DNA of 64,000 nt from Narcine bancroftii (taxonomy: Eukaryota), in the NCBI RefSeq assembly GCF_036971445.1, contig NC_091471.1, forward strand, positions 199,454,001 through 199,518,000, read 5' to 3'. The position numbers and the translations under genes are program-made. Positions 40,601 to 53,900 of this stretch are shown one piece after another. The notes under the pieces were generated by a model that saw only the letters and a list, made by a program, of their open reading frames with translations, was not told the origin of the DNA and did no database searches. Position 1 is the first letter of the stretch. Each line of letters starts with the position of its first letter.

Positions 40601-41095
40601 TATGAAGACTTTGTGCCATAGTTTTAATAAGAACTTTGGGACAGTATTTAATCTTATATCATAAAGTGCATGTATGAGTGCTGTAGGAAGTAAATTTTAT
40701 GTAGTTGATTTATAGTATTACCATTAGTTACAATGTTTGTAGGTTTCCGAGGGATATTGGTAAGTGAAGGTAAAGTTTATTTCTGATTAAAGGAGGGATG
40801 TCATGATAATGAATATGTATGAGATGTACCGGAAGTTACGTGGTATGAGAGAGAGATAAGAGCACAAGCAGGAGAACAAATGAAACTGGAAAATAAAGAC
40901 CCTGAGAAGTTTACCTGATAAAACTTGTTTAATGTTTTATTAACTTCACATTTCGGGCCACAAATGTGACACTTACGACCTCAATTGGGATGAAAGGATC
41001 AGTAGTATCTTGAAAGGAAGTCTGAATTTTGCTGGCACGCGTGGAGGACTGAAGACTTAAAATTTTTAATTAAGTGCTGTATTGGAGAATCCATA

Positions 41096-41460
41096 ACAGG
41101 GATACAGGGCACGTAAGAGCTAAAATGTGTGTAATTACTTTGCTAGTCTATGACCTAGGATCCATAGGCTGGACACGACCACCTTGATTCCCGTGCACAT
41201 GCGCGAGTCTTCAGTTGGTGCATGCTCAGTGGGTTCATGCATTGGAGATCGGTTGGTGTGAGAGTGAAGCATCTTGATGATATTGAATTTGCTTCCTTAA
41301 CTCGTGCACATGCGTCAACCAAACTCCAATAAGCGAGCCCATTGTGCATATGCCAACCAAAGACTCTTATGCACACAGGAGTCAAGACCTACGGACCCTG
41401 GGACACCAACGAACAAAGCAATTATGCACATTTTGACTTTTACACGCCCTGTATCCTTGT
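41096..41460. mobile_element. MITE with long (~55-75 bp) terminal inverted repeats, flanked by TA
   Basis: ta|ACAGGGATACAGGGCACGTAAGAGCTAAAATGTGTGTAATTACTTTG pairs with CAAAGCAATTATGCACATTTTGACTTTTACACGCCCTGTATCCTTGT|ta. Confidence 0.8.
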
Positions 41461-42711
41461 TACAGTTTGCCAAATACAACATAAACCATGTCAATTTTAT
41501 AATTTTTCTTATATATTGTAAAGCACAGAATTTAGAGGTTTTTTAAAATATCTTTTTGATTCTTAAGGATACAACGTTGGTTGCTTGTGTACTATTGTGT
41601 GAGAACTCCTTTAAGAATTGCACCATATGACCAACTGCTCTCACTGAATATATTGCAACATTAATTAAGCCACAATGTGTTGCTAAGATTCTGGAAGATA
41701 GGTAATGAGTGCAGGGGAAAGTGGGCACCAGTAAAGTTAGATGGGGGAAAAAAATGGGAAATGGGTGTTTAAAGAAAATGGGTTAGGGTAGAGAATGTGG
41801 ATTTTGAAAGAATGGTAGAGAGAGTGCGAGAGGTAGGTTGTGGCCTCACAAAAAAAATCCTCTCATACAAATAAAATGACCTCATCTGCAGAAGGAGAGA
41901 GGCATGTTCTTGCACATGTAAATGCATGCTACAGCTATAGATGTGCACATGCGCAGTGTGTGTAGTCAGAGTGCAATAAAGAAGACGTCTTCATCAATCA
42001 TTACATTCCGCAAGCTAGCTAAGGAGAAAGAAATACAGAGAGTAGAACATGCTCGTAACTACCATGTTGACTTCAGGTGGGCATACTGCCTGACCAATGT
42101 GGTGTCTGATATGGTTTGAGTTGTATGTGGACACATTCATATTGGTTGCTATTTGCATCCAAACAATGTTCACCAAGAAACTGTTTTATGGCCTCAAAAC
42201 AAAATGCTGAAGGAGCTCAGGGAATAGAAGGAAATAGACAGTCAATGTTATGGGTTGAAACCCTGCTTCAAAATTCATTCCATTTCTTTCCATGAATGTT
42301 ACCTTACCCACTGAATCTAGAGCAGTTTGCGTTCCAGAATCTGCGCACTCTTTTTTCATAGTTTATGACCATTTTAATTAAGAACCTGCAAACCTGCAAC
42401 CTCTTTTTAGGTCCCACAGTGGGGATCCCAGCTCCCAGTACTATTGGGTTTTGCATCTGTTAACAAACAAATATCTTTACAGGTTTTTCCAGGCTATAAT
42501 ACAAGTTCAGAGAGTGAAATTTTCACAGCACTGGAGTTTGAGAGATTACCCACAAATAATCATGTGTATGTAGGATCTGCGTTGACTTATCAGGTGAGAA
42601 ACACTTAGCAGAGAGACTTGCAGAGCCATTGTTTACATTGTATTCCAGTGGTAATTATTACAATGTAAGCGATTGGATACTGGCCAGTGAAATTGACATT
42701 TGTAACAGAAA

Positions 42712-43432
42712 TATAGACAACAGACTCGCCAAGGCAAATAGCGCCTTTGGAAGACTACACCAAAGAGTCTGGAAAAACAACCAACTGAAAAACCACAGAT
42801 TAGCGTATGCAGAGCTGTTGTCATACCCACACTCCTGTTCGGCTCCAAATCATGGGTCCTCTACCGACATCACCTACGGCTCCTAGAACGCTTCCATCAG
42901 TGTTGTCTCCGCTCCATCCTCAACATTCATTGGAGCGACTTCATCACCAACATCGAAGTACTCGAGATGGCAGAGGCCGACAGCATTGAATCCACGCTGC
43001 CGAAGATCCAACTGCGCTGGGTAGGTCACGTCTCCAGAATGGAGGACCATCACCTTCCCAAGATTGTGTTATATGGCGAGCTCTCCACTGGCCACCGAGA
43101 CAGAGGTGCACCAAAGAAGAGGTACAAGGACTGCCTAAAGAAATCTCTTGGTGCCTGCCACATTGACCACCACCAGTGGGCTGATATCGCCTCAAACCGC
43201 GTATCTTGGTGCCTCACAGCTCGGTGGGCAGCAACCTCCTTTGAAGAAGACCGCAGAGCCCACCTCACTGACAAAAGACAAAGGAGGAAAAACCCAACCC
43301 CAACCAACCAATTTTCCCTTGCAACCACGTCTGCCTGTCCCACATCGGACTTGTCAGCCACAAACGAGCCTGCAGCTGACGTGGACATTACCCTTCCATA
43401 AATCTTCGACCGCGAAGCCAAGCCAAAGAAGA
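42712..43432 (+). mobile_element. 5'-truncated RTE-clade LINE (3' end)
   Basis: IDNRLAKANSAFGRL..RVW and QLRWVGHVSRMEDHHLPKIVLYGELSTGHRDRGAPKKRYKDCLK. The tail ends gccaagccaaagaaga, and many CpGs are retained. Confidence 0.9.
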
Positions 43433-44593
43433 TTGCTCTCTTGAACTCACCCTCAACCTAGACCTTCTAACAAAAGTTTCTTCATTCACCTTGAGTAATG
43501 CAGTTAGACTCATTTAAACATACTTCCTAACATTGATTTTATAAGATTAAAGATAGAGACAAAAATTTACTAGAAAAAATATGCTGCCAAGGTAACTTGC
43601 TGACTTTGAAGTCACATATTCCTCTGTTCAGCATAACCAGCCTTCAGCACTCATAAGGCAAAATTTTTATGTATTTATCCTTCTGACATAAATACATCAG
43701 GTTTAGAGCTAACATCATGAGTTTGGGCAACGAAGTCAGTCAAATCCCTTAGTATTTGGTATATTGGATGATTGCTATGACCACACAACTAAAAATCCAA
43801 CTTACAGAATCACATGATGAAACTGAATTCATCAGGAAGACACCCATCTTCCTAAACTTTGCTAGCAATGTAAAGGTTAGCTTCGCAACAGAAGGCACAT
43901 CATTCACACCTCGGCATGAAGCTTGTACATCTTGATCACCAGGCTCTTCCATCTGCCAACCTCTCAATCAACAGACAAATTAGATTAAAAACAAATTTTA
44001 CTTTCTTTGAAATACAAAATTATACATTTTTTGTAACACAAGTGGTACATTACAATGGATCAAACAGAATAATGCATTTTTTATATTGATGTAGGTATTC
44101 TTAGGGGCCTTAATATTTCAGGCATGATGCAAATACTGTACTTTCATCACCTCAACCAATGAGACAGGAAAGGAACCTCCATCTGCACACAGTTTGAAGT
44201 ATCATGTGCAAGTTAATCATGAAATTGACTCATCAATTTGTCAGCAAAGGTTTTTCCAATGAAATTGTTCATTTTAATCCAATATCAAATTGCCATATGA
44301 ATTCAGTTTTTCCTCAAGTCTTCTTGCAAATCTCCAATCTCATTCTCTTAATTCAAGAAAAGAATTACTTTGTTAAAGGCTCAGTGAGCTAAGTGATGGT
44401 TTATTTCCGGTGTCAGGAATTCTGAACAGAGCAACAAAAATAAAAATTTTGATGGGTGTCAACCTCTGACCTGAAATGCAACATCCCTTCCAACCAAAAT
44501 GAGGTTGGAGTACTGGGTAAATAGAAAAATACAAAAGTGAATCCAGAAGTGAACATAAAGGCTTTTAGATTGGTACATTTGACACCAACAAGG

Positions 44594-44782
44594 ATGGCAT
44601 GGTTGGTGTAGCAGTTAGCGTAACACCTTTACAGCTCTAATCCCACGCTGTCTGTAAGGAATTTGTATATTTCCCTGTGTCTTTGTGGGTTTCCTCCCAC
44701 CATTCAAAATGTACAGACATTGTAGATCAATTGGGTGTAATTGACTGAAAGGGCTTGTTACTATGCTGTATGTCTAAAAAAA
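44594..44782 (+). mobile_element. tRNA-derived SINE
   Basis: tggcatggttggtgtagcagttagcg (A-box-like)...ctgtctgtaaggaatttgta...gctgtatgtctaaaaaaaa. Confidence 0.72.
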
Positions 44783-45539
44783 AATGTTGATGGGCAGGTG
44801 GGTGGCCAGCCAATTGAAGTGCTCCCTACACCCCAACTGCTGCATGCCTCTGGCAGCTAGACACAATAACAGACATGTTCAGGGGCACTCTGACTGTCTG
44901 TGCCTCCAGTGGTGAGGGACTTTTCCCCATGAAAAAAACTCACCTTGCTCACGGATTCATTAGTGGTTACTTAATCTTTGCTACCAGATCTAATAAATGG
45001 CATCACCAGTTCACCAAAGTATGCATTATCATTGCCAATAACTTCAGGTATCCAAAACAATAGAAGCTGAATTCAACACTGTCAATGGTTACTCAGTGTG
45101 CCAACTGTTTGTACCGCCTTGATTACACTGCATACTGGCTGAAAATAACAATTAATAGCAATAATCTCAGCAGACAAATCTTCAAAAATCTCCATCTTTG
45201 CCGGCCGCTGCTTTCACACACCTTATTATCTCAATTCATTTCCCATAATCAACCCACTGTTGTTGTCACCTTCTGCTTTCATTCACTGCCCAGTTCATCC
45301 AGGAGTATACACATGCTAAGTTTTGCAGGTATAGCCTAACCAATCAACTAATTTCTGAAATCCTGCTTACAAGATACAAGTATCTTCATTATATCAAATT
45401 TAACAGTATATGGATTCTCATCAAAATCCAAAAAGTAAAATATGATAATGCAGGGAGTTAATCAGTAATCAATGGTCACTTCAGAATGCAGCTTTTAAAA
45501 AAAAAGTCATTACAATTCTCTGCATTCAACAGTATCTAC

Positions 45540-46030
45540 GTCTTCCCATTCCCTTGCCATGACAGGTCTGCTCATTGCCTTACGCACTGCCAGACTGAGA
45601 TCACCTTCAAAATGGAGGAACAATATGTCATATTTGACCTGTCAACCCTCCAAGCAGATGGCATTAACATCAACCTCCAGTTTCCGTTAGCCTCCCCACA
45701 CCCATCTATCCCCATATCTCCTCTAGCTGTCTCTCTTTCCCATCACCTTCCCCCACCCCCTATTCCTTTCTCTTCCTCCTATTCATGTCCAATTAACTCC
45801 TTCTTCCTGTTGGTCTGTGCTCCTCCCCCTGCCCTTTCTTTCCTTCTCCCCAGCTTTCTAATTCAGCTACCTGCCTGCTTTGTACTCTGACCTTGAAGGG
45901 CTCAGGCCAGAAATGTCAGTAATATATCTTTACTTCCTTTGGACATGACAAGGCCCGCTGAGTTCCTCCAGCATTTCTCTTATGTTTTTTCAACAAATGC
46001 AGCATCTGCAGACCTTTGTTTTACTTGATT
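45540..46030 (+). mobile_element. Penelope-like 3' region remnant
   Basis: KMEEQYVIF.L.TLQADGINI (end of the GIY-YIG-type ORF), then a pyrimidine-rich tract and gaagggctcaggccagaaatgtc...gctgagttcctccagcattt. Reverse-oriented relatives lie at ~28980-29350 and ~6830-7500. Confidence 0.55.
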
Positions 46031-46762
46031 ACAAATGGAATTATCAAAGCAGTCCTCGTCACTCATGATGTCTGACACTCAATCACACTCCAAGTCTTTG
46101 ATCACAAAGTTCTGGTCCTGGGCACAATCTTCCAGCCCTGGATCATGAGGTCCATGATTCAAACCATAGCCTATCTCCTAATGAGCTCTCAGTCAACTTG
46201 CTCCCACAGCCCTTTATTACTGAAGAGAAGATCCTGATCATATAACACCATGTTCCCACCCCACTATCACCAGATAATCTATGCCTCCCCTTGTCCTGAG
46301 TCTTTCCTAACCCTTCAATCAGCATTTCACACAATTGCTACTTACCGTTTCACGGATGCCGCAGGTCCTGAATGGGCTGAGGAACTTGATCATTCTCTGA
46401 CACAACTATACATATATTATAATTTTTTTCTCCTGCAATTATTGTTTTTCTCATGTGCTGTTAGGAATTATGGGCTTCATATACTTTGGAAACTACAGCA
46501 AATTAGGCTTTCATTGAATCCATACATTGTAGCGGCTACTAAGGTAGAGCTACTAAAGAAATACAAACACACGCCAGAGTAGTCAACTCAAGATTGGCTT
46601 ATTGAAGCCTTACAACTGACTTTTATTCCCTGCCTGACCAGGTTCCACAAAACAAGCTGGGACTTTGTTAAGGGATGGCTGCTGGTCCATGGGACCAGTA
46701 GGTTTAAATTGATACTTATTAACTTCCTGCGTTTTTCAGCAGGGGACCCAGCTGAACAATAT

Positions 46763-47162
46763 GCCGGGCGCGGCCGCCACTGCCGCCGCCGGGTCACGCC
46801 TGGGCGCGCCTGCCGCCGCCGGGTCACGCCTGGGCGCGCCTGGCGCCGCCGGGTCACGCCTGCCGCCGCCGGGTCACGCCTGCCGCCGCCGGGTCACGCC
46901 TGCCGCCGCCGGGTCACGCCTGCCGCCGCCGGGTCACGCCTGCCGCCGCCGGGTCACGCCTGCCGCCGCCGGGTCACGCCTGCCGCCGCCGGGTCACGCC
47001 TGCCGCCGCCGGGTCACGCCTGCCGCCGCCGGGTCACGCCTGCCGCCGCCGGGTCACGCCTGCCGCCGCCGGGTCACGCCGGGCGCCGCCGGGTCACGCC
47101 CGGGCGCCGCCGGGTCACGCCCGGGCGCGGCTGCCGCCGCCGGGTCACGCCCGGGCGCCGCC
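46763..47162. repeat. GC-rich 20-bp minisatellite (TGCCGCCGCCGGGTCACGCC)n
   Basis: Eleven perfect units at 46861-47080, with variant ~30-bp units on both flanks. Four CpGs per unit. Confidence 0.97.
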
Positions 47163-48989
47163 ATACCCCTGGCGAATGCAAGTCCGGGTGCTGCAGTGAT
47201 GGTGGTGGTTCACATTACCGTGCTGAGCACCCACTTGACCCACTACATAGCCACTACAACATTGTACTAATGCATGTGTAAATGAACATAATTAATTAAT
47301 TAATTCAATTATCCTTTCTCAATTCCAAAATGTCTATTTTTTTTTGTTGGGATCACAGAGAAGACACAGGATTTTTCAGCATCTGCCAATATGGTGATAA
47401 TGGGTACATGAAGGTTATCGGCCCTCAGAAAGAAAGAAAAATCTTCAGCTGTCGGAATCCTGAGAGAAAATAGAAGTTGGAGGGACTCAGCAGTGTTCAT
47501 GGAGAGAGATAGTCTGTCATTATTTCAGGTCAGGACTTTTATCTTTAATCATTGATTCACCATTTCTCTCCATGGATATTGCCTAACATATTGTGTTCCT
47601 CTATTTTGTCTTGGTTATCAGCCTTTATTTGACAATATACACCATTATCACGGTGCCCATTGTGACAAGGCCATAATGTATATTTTTCAAGTACTTGTAA
47701 ACAGTCTAAAACACCCATTAAAAACCCTAAAATTGTTTCCAAATAATGAACAAAAAAAACTAGAACCTAAATATGCCCTAAGAACATACAAGTCATGCAA
47801 TATGGAAAAACTAAATTGGGAAAGCCTTGGTACCAAGTACAATTCTTCTCCATTACGTGACAAACTAAGTGGTAAATCTTGATAGCAATTCGATGTGCTC
47901 TTTTAGTGCATTGCTCAACTTTTGAAAAACAGCAGTAAACGGTGACTCACAATCACATCCAGGAGCTGAAATCATTGAGTTCAGGTGAAGATATTTCTAC
48001 TATTTCACCAATATATTTTCACAAAATTTGGGGCATTGCTGAAACCTTCTGAATGTCTCTGTAATGAGCTTTATATCACCAGTAACTACTTGCATCACAG
48101 GTGGCTACTGGTATCTTATATTTAGCTGTAAATATTCCTGAATTATTTCCACCCCCCAGAATCAGCTGCAGTAATTTATTAAGGGTGAAATCTTACATTT
48201 TCCCTTTTGAACACATGATTGGGAGTAGATAATAAAAGAAAGATTAATCACTGGGACTATAACACAACCTCTACCTTCATCTATTATTCAATTCACTCAT
48301 TTACTATGTCTTCATACGAGTGCAAGGAATTCTGTATGCCTGCAGCATTGTGCCCAGACAGATGCCTGGATCTATAAAGTTTCATATTAACATCCATTTA
48401 CATCCCCACAGGCAGACATTAAGCTAGTACCAGAGTTGGGATATGGAATATCCCAAATCAACAATGGTGTCTTCATTCAGGCCAGCTTAAAGAAGGAACA
48501 CCCAGACTACCATTAGCATGTCTGCTGTGACACTATTATCCTAAGCTGAAGCCATAGATGAAGCAAGAGATCAGCAAATTAGATTTGTTGCATGCAGGCA
48601 AGGCAACTCTGAAACATTCAGAAACTGTACAACTTCCATAAGAACATTGCAACTGCAAAAAAAAAGGTAATTTTAAACAGATACTCAGCAGCTGTGACAG
48701 GGCTTGTATGCCATCACATTCTATCAGGTGAAACAAGGTGGTATTGTTCACAATTATAAAATATCGAGCGGTCAAGCTCAATGCCTTCTAGGTTTCCTTC
48801 GAGTAGGGGAAAAAAATTATGCATCCCCATGAACTCCCTCAGCCTCCAGTACCTCTCTGCTCCTAGCTTCTGTTCAGGAGGTTGAATCCTCAAAAAGCAT
48901 CGAGCCCAGTTGGACTCTCCAGCTGCATCCTTAAATCTTAGAACAAATGGCTGACGTTTTAGTGAACAATTTAAACCTTTCACTGCTAT

Positions 48990-49445
48990 AGTCTGAAGTC
49001 CTCACCCGATTCAAAAAGATATCCATTGTACTACTGGTGGCCAAGAAAAGCCTCAATGACTATTGGCCGGTGATGAAGTGCTTCAAAGGTAAAAGGTTGT
49101 TATGGAGCAGAAAAGCTCCTGTCTTAGAAAGGACCTGGGTGTAGTTCAATTTCCTATAGTCACAAAAGGTCAACAATGATGCCATCTTGCTGGTCCTCCA
49201 TTCTACATTAGATTTCCTTGACCACAAGAACACACACACCAGGCAACTCCAACCTAACTATAGCTTGGTGTTTAATGCCATCATACCAGCAAAACATGAA
49301 CAAACACAAAGGATCTGTGACTCTGTCCCCTCTGCCACTGGCCACTCAATGTCTTCATCAGCCAATCCCAATCAGTGAAAATTGGCAATATCCTACTTCT
49401 CATTGACCAGCAACAGACACATCAAAGCTGCATGCTTAACCCCGT
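48990..49445 (+). mobile_element. Older decayed Rex1/Babar-like fragment
   Basis: ttcaaaaagatatccattgtac..., cctcaatgactattggccggtg, gatgaagtgcttc and actatagcttggtgtttaatgccatcatacc resemble the RT segments at 1610-1750. Confidence 0.5.
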
Positions 49446-50458
49446 GAACCTTTCCCCACTGCCGACACCCCAACTGTGGAATCTCACCTAGGCCCTGGCT
49501 GCCTGCCCATCCAAGCTCCCGACACCCTGAATTTGGCCTTACCACCCAGTCCCAGCTGGCAGCCTGCCTATCTGAGCTCCCGACTCCTCGAACAATGCAG
49601 GTACTGATTCGGGTCAAAAGTAGTATGTGTTTAATAGTGGACCCCTAAATTTTACCCTAAAAATTGATCCACAAAATTCATCTATTAAGCACACATATAC
49701 TGTGTACTTTTAGATTATTGAAACTAATACAAATTAGCAGTTTAATACATACATGAATAACTATTATGTGCATGTAACTCTTAATATTTATATAATTTTT
49801 TGTAACAAAATGCACAAAAAATGTGCATGTAATATTTTTTCATGTCTTGCAACTCTCAAACACCTGAAGTTTATTGTATGTGGCTCTTACGTTAAGCAAG
49901 TTTGGCCACCCCCTGGCCAACAGTATATCTGTTTCACCAATGGGGATGACATTTTTGCATTACTTTCTGGCCGAAACTAATCCATTAGGAAATTGGACCA
50001 GGCATTTTTTTGTCAGGATTTGTCCTGAATCCAACTTTATTTCCATTTCATATTTTGCACATATGCTGAAGTGATTGATGTGTGCAGGGATGGGTTTACA
50101 ATTCACAGACAAACAAGGAATATGTCACACTGAAAGACCAATACATAAACTCAAGGATGCTGTGACTTGTGACTGATGATCACAGTCAGGGTGTGAGACC
50201 TAACTGAGTAGATCCATAATGTGCAATTACCCTACAATTAGGTTTTTATTTATTCTTCCATGTCTCACTTTCCCCTTCCTACCTCTTCCATTGTTCACAT
50301 CATTACCCATTGGTCTCTTTCTCTTCTCTTCCAAATTTTCCCCTATATTTTCCCCCAGTTCTGACTACAATGGAGAGAGATTGTTCACTGCATACTTCCC
50401 AGTGAATAAGATGGTAGTAGTGATCTCAGGCAACTAAAAACACACGTCTGCTTTAACT

Positions 50459-50797
50459 CACTGGTGTCACTGGGTGGCAGGGGGAAATGGCAGACCGCAC
50501 AGGGAAAAATGAATCACATGTTTTAGTCTGCACGTGCTACAAAGTCAATGCATCCGCCACATCCCCAGTGAGCGCCGCAACCCTCCCTCCACCCTGTTCG
50601 GCACTGCCACCACCATCTCCCCAGCACTGCTGCTGCCACCCCCCTCTCCCCCACCCCTCCTTAAGCCACCCCAGTCTTGAGGAACACACACCTGTTTCTT
50701 CTATGCTCGGCACACTCGGTCCATGGTGGGGGGTGTGGGAGGGAAGTGACACCATGAGTTGCCACACTGGGTGACACGAACCCGAGTGATGCCACTG
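50459..50797. mobile_element. Non-autonomous hAT element (339 bp) with perfect 8-bp TSD
   Basis: TSD CTTTAACT at 50451-50458 and 50798-50805. TIRs CACTGGTGTCACTGGG / CCCGAGTGATGCCACTG, with subterminal GTGACAC repeats. Confidence 0.9.
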
Positions 50798-50990
50798 CTT
50801 TAACTCAAATGGGAGAAAACCATTCTTAAAGGTGAAGATATCCAGTTTAGTGATTTTTTTTTGAGTGACTGCAATTAATGCTCAAGAATGGGTGGTATAG
50901 CATCTTCTTCTTGCACTTGACTTTATCCATGCAGCTGCCTCTCCTGTTCACATCACTTAAGAATTAACTGATTATTGACACCTGCACAAA

Positions 50991-53900
50991 TGTAGTGGAA
51001 CACAGTACTGTGGGCAAGTCCTCACTGGGCTCGGCAGGCTGGCCCTCCTTCTGCACCTGTAGCCCCTCCCCAGAAGATCCCCTAATAAAGGCTGAAAGTC
51101 CTAGTCTCTTTCTTCATATCTGTCTTGGACTAAGCCAGCAGCATGTAGAAGCATGTCTGGGTTTACTGATCAATAAAGCCTTCGACTCTTGCTTAGTGTC
51201 TGAGTGGTCATTGATCGCGCCACAATTTATTGATCAGAATTTTAAAGTGCCATGGACGAGGCAATCAGACTGGAGAAGCTGGAGCTTGATCCAAAGGAAC
51301 TAGAGGCCTCTGTAAAATTTGATAGGTCGCTACACTGTTTGAAGGTCTACCTGAGGCACCACAAAATCTCAGCCAATGGTGATCTGTACAACCTGCTCTT
51401 TGCAGATATGGGCCACTGAGCAAACCAAGTAATTCACAAATGCACTGGATATGAAGAGGCAATGGCTCTACTCTGACAGTAGTACGGAACCTCGAGGAAT
51501 ACAATGTATGCACGCTTCCAGCTTGGCTCCTGATGCCAGGATCTGGGTGAGTTGGTGGATGATTTTGTGAGGCCATGCAGGAGCTGGGACAAGACTGCAG
51601 GTGCTGGGATGTGACCACAATAGCCTACTAGGAGAAGCTCATCCATGATGGGCTAGTCACTGGATTCTGCTCCCCTCAAATACGGTAATGACTCAGAGAA
51701 AGGCGATCAGTCCCTACAGAAGTGGTGCAAATGGCCCAAGCGATGGAGACTGTCCAAAAGAATGTGGAGGCCTACTCAGAGGGCCATGTGGCCACCAGGT
51801 GGGGAGAATGGGGGGAACCATCTTGGGATCCCTGACGGTCACTGCCACCTCCAAGCACACGAGGTGCAACTACCGAGGCCAAAGCAAACACCCGCAAAAG
51901 TACTGTCCGGCTCATAGTGTGAACTGCTTAAACTACCGGAGGAAAGGATACTGCCTGTTCTAAGCCCCACTATCAGTGCCGCGTGCGGACCGAGACCTGC
52001 GTCTCCATCTTGGGCCGAACCTCTTCCGCTGTCATTTCCTGTTGCCGAGAACCAAACTTCAAGGGTGCAACAGCATAGAGGGATGTCACATCCGGCTTCA
52101 CTTCCGGACTCCACTGCGTGCGATTCACGGGGGTGGCCATCTTCATGATCTCCCAGGCAGCCACCTTGGTGGTAGCCAACCCAACAAAAGCAGCAGTGAT
52201 TCAGACAATGAGCTGACATTGGCTTCCATCATGCTGGACCTGAGTAGTCCACACCAGCTGTGGCAATCGATGATGGACAGAGGTAAATGGCCACACCACT
52301 GGCTGCCTGTTTAACAAGGGAAGCACCAAGAGCTTCATACACCCGACACGGCCAAACATTATTCCCTGACTGTATCCCCAGCCAAGTGTAAAGTAGTACT
52401 AGCCTCCAAATCCCTGTGGAAATCCATGGGAGATGCACCATGACCCAACAATGGGGAGCACAAAATACAAGAACTTCAGACTGCTGGTGATGCCCCAACC
52501 CTGTGCAACCATCATATTGGGGTTGGATTTCCAGTGCCTGCATAAGGGTGTGCTGATGCAGTTTGATGGGCCCAACCCCCACCCACCCCCCCCCACCCCT
52601 ACCAGTCAGTTCTGGGAGGACCCTCCTCTGAAGAGGCCCAATCACACACCCAAATGCCAGGTCAGGCTCCCAACTTGCCAACTGGCCACCCTTCGGGTCC
52701 CTCCGCTTCCACTGTTCCAAAACCTCACCCTGGATTGCAAAATTGTGGCCACTAGGAGCAGGTGACACAGGCCAGAGGATAAAGAATTCATTAAGATGGA
52801 GGTGGAGCAGCTGCTGTTGGAGGGCATAATAGAACTGAGTAGAAGTGCCTGGAGGGCACAAGTGGTGGTGAAGAGTGGGAAAAAGTACTGAATGGTGATA
52901 GACAACAGTCAGACCATCAACCCATTCACTTCACTGGACACCAACCCTTTGCCTTGCATAGCTGATATGATGAACAAGATCATCAAGTATAGTCTTCTTT
53001 TTTTAATCAATTTTTTATTTTTCACACCATAAATCACATTAACCATGATACACACTTTTTCCTTTTCACACATATACAGTGCCATTTTCTCCCCCCCCCC
53101 CCTCCTCCCATCCCACCCTCCCTACCTCCCCCCTCCCGTCCATTTAAGGTACAAAATCTAGGATACATTAAACCAGTCAGACAATGTTGTCATTCAATAA
53201 AAATACACCAGAAATTCCACTGAGTCCATTCTTTTCATTTCCTTTTCCTTCCGTTAACTTAGGTAGTGATTGTCCCTGGTAGGTTTTCGCTATTGTGTTT
53301 CATGTAAGGCTCCCATATTTGTTTGAATATTTCAATATTATTTCTTAAACTATATGTTATTTTTTCTAATGGAATACATTTATTCATTTCTATATACCAT
53401 TGTTGTATTTTTAAATTATCTTCCAATTTCCAGGTTGACGCAATACATTTTTTGCTATGGCTAGAGCTATCTTAACAAATCTTTTTTGTGCATCCTCCAA
53501 ATCAATTCCAAATTCTTTGTTTTTTGTTACTTAGGAGGAAGATCTCTGGATTCTTTGGTATATTGTTTTCTGTTATTTTATTTAATATCTGATTTAGATC
53601 TTCCCAAAATTTTTCTACTTTCTCACATGTCCAGATTGCATGAATTGTTGTTCCCATTTTTTTTTTTATATAATTACATCGAAAACATCTATCAGATACT
53701 GTTGAATCCCATTTATTTAACTTTTGTGTAATGTATAGCCTGTGTATCCAGTTATATTGTATCATACGTAACCTCGTATTTATTGTATTTCTCATCGTTC
53801 CAGAGCACAACTTCTCCCATGTTTCCTTTTTTATCTTTATATTTAAATCTTGTTCCCATTTTTGTTTAGTTTTACCATTTGTTTCCTCATTCTCCTTTTC

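Larger units (their letters stand above)
36231..40971 (+). mobile_element. Near full-length Ty3/Gypsy (Mag-like) provirus D
   Basis: LTRs 36231-36404 and 40799-40971 (TGTCA...TGACA, only a handful of differences). TSD CTTAC (36226-36230, 40972-40976), tRNA PBS, PPT AAAGGAGGGA. Gag with CX2CX4HX6C and a second knuckle, protease VDSGS, RT (ISDD), RNase H and integrase, with several frameshifts. Confidence 0.97.

Noticed and set aside
46588-47281. Arg/Pro/Ala-rich ORFs of 169-190 aa
   Set aside because: They are translations of the stop-free 20-bp GC repeat, with no splice or domain evidence.
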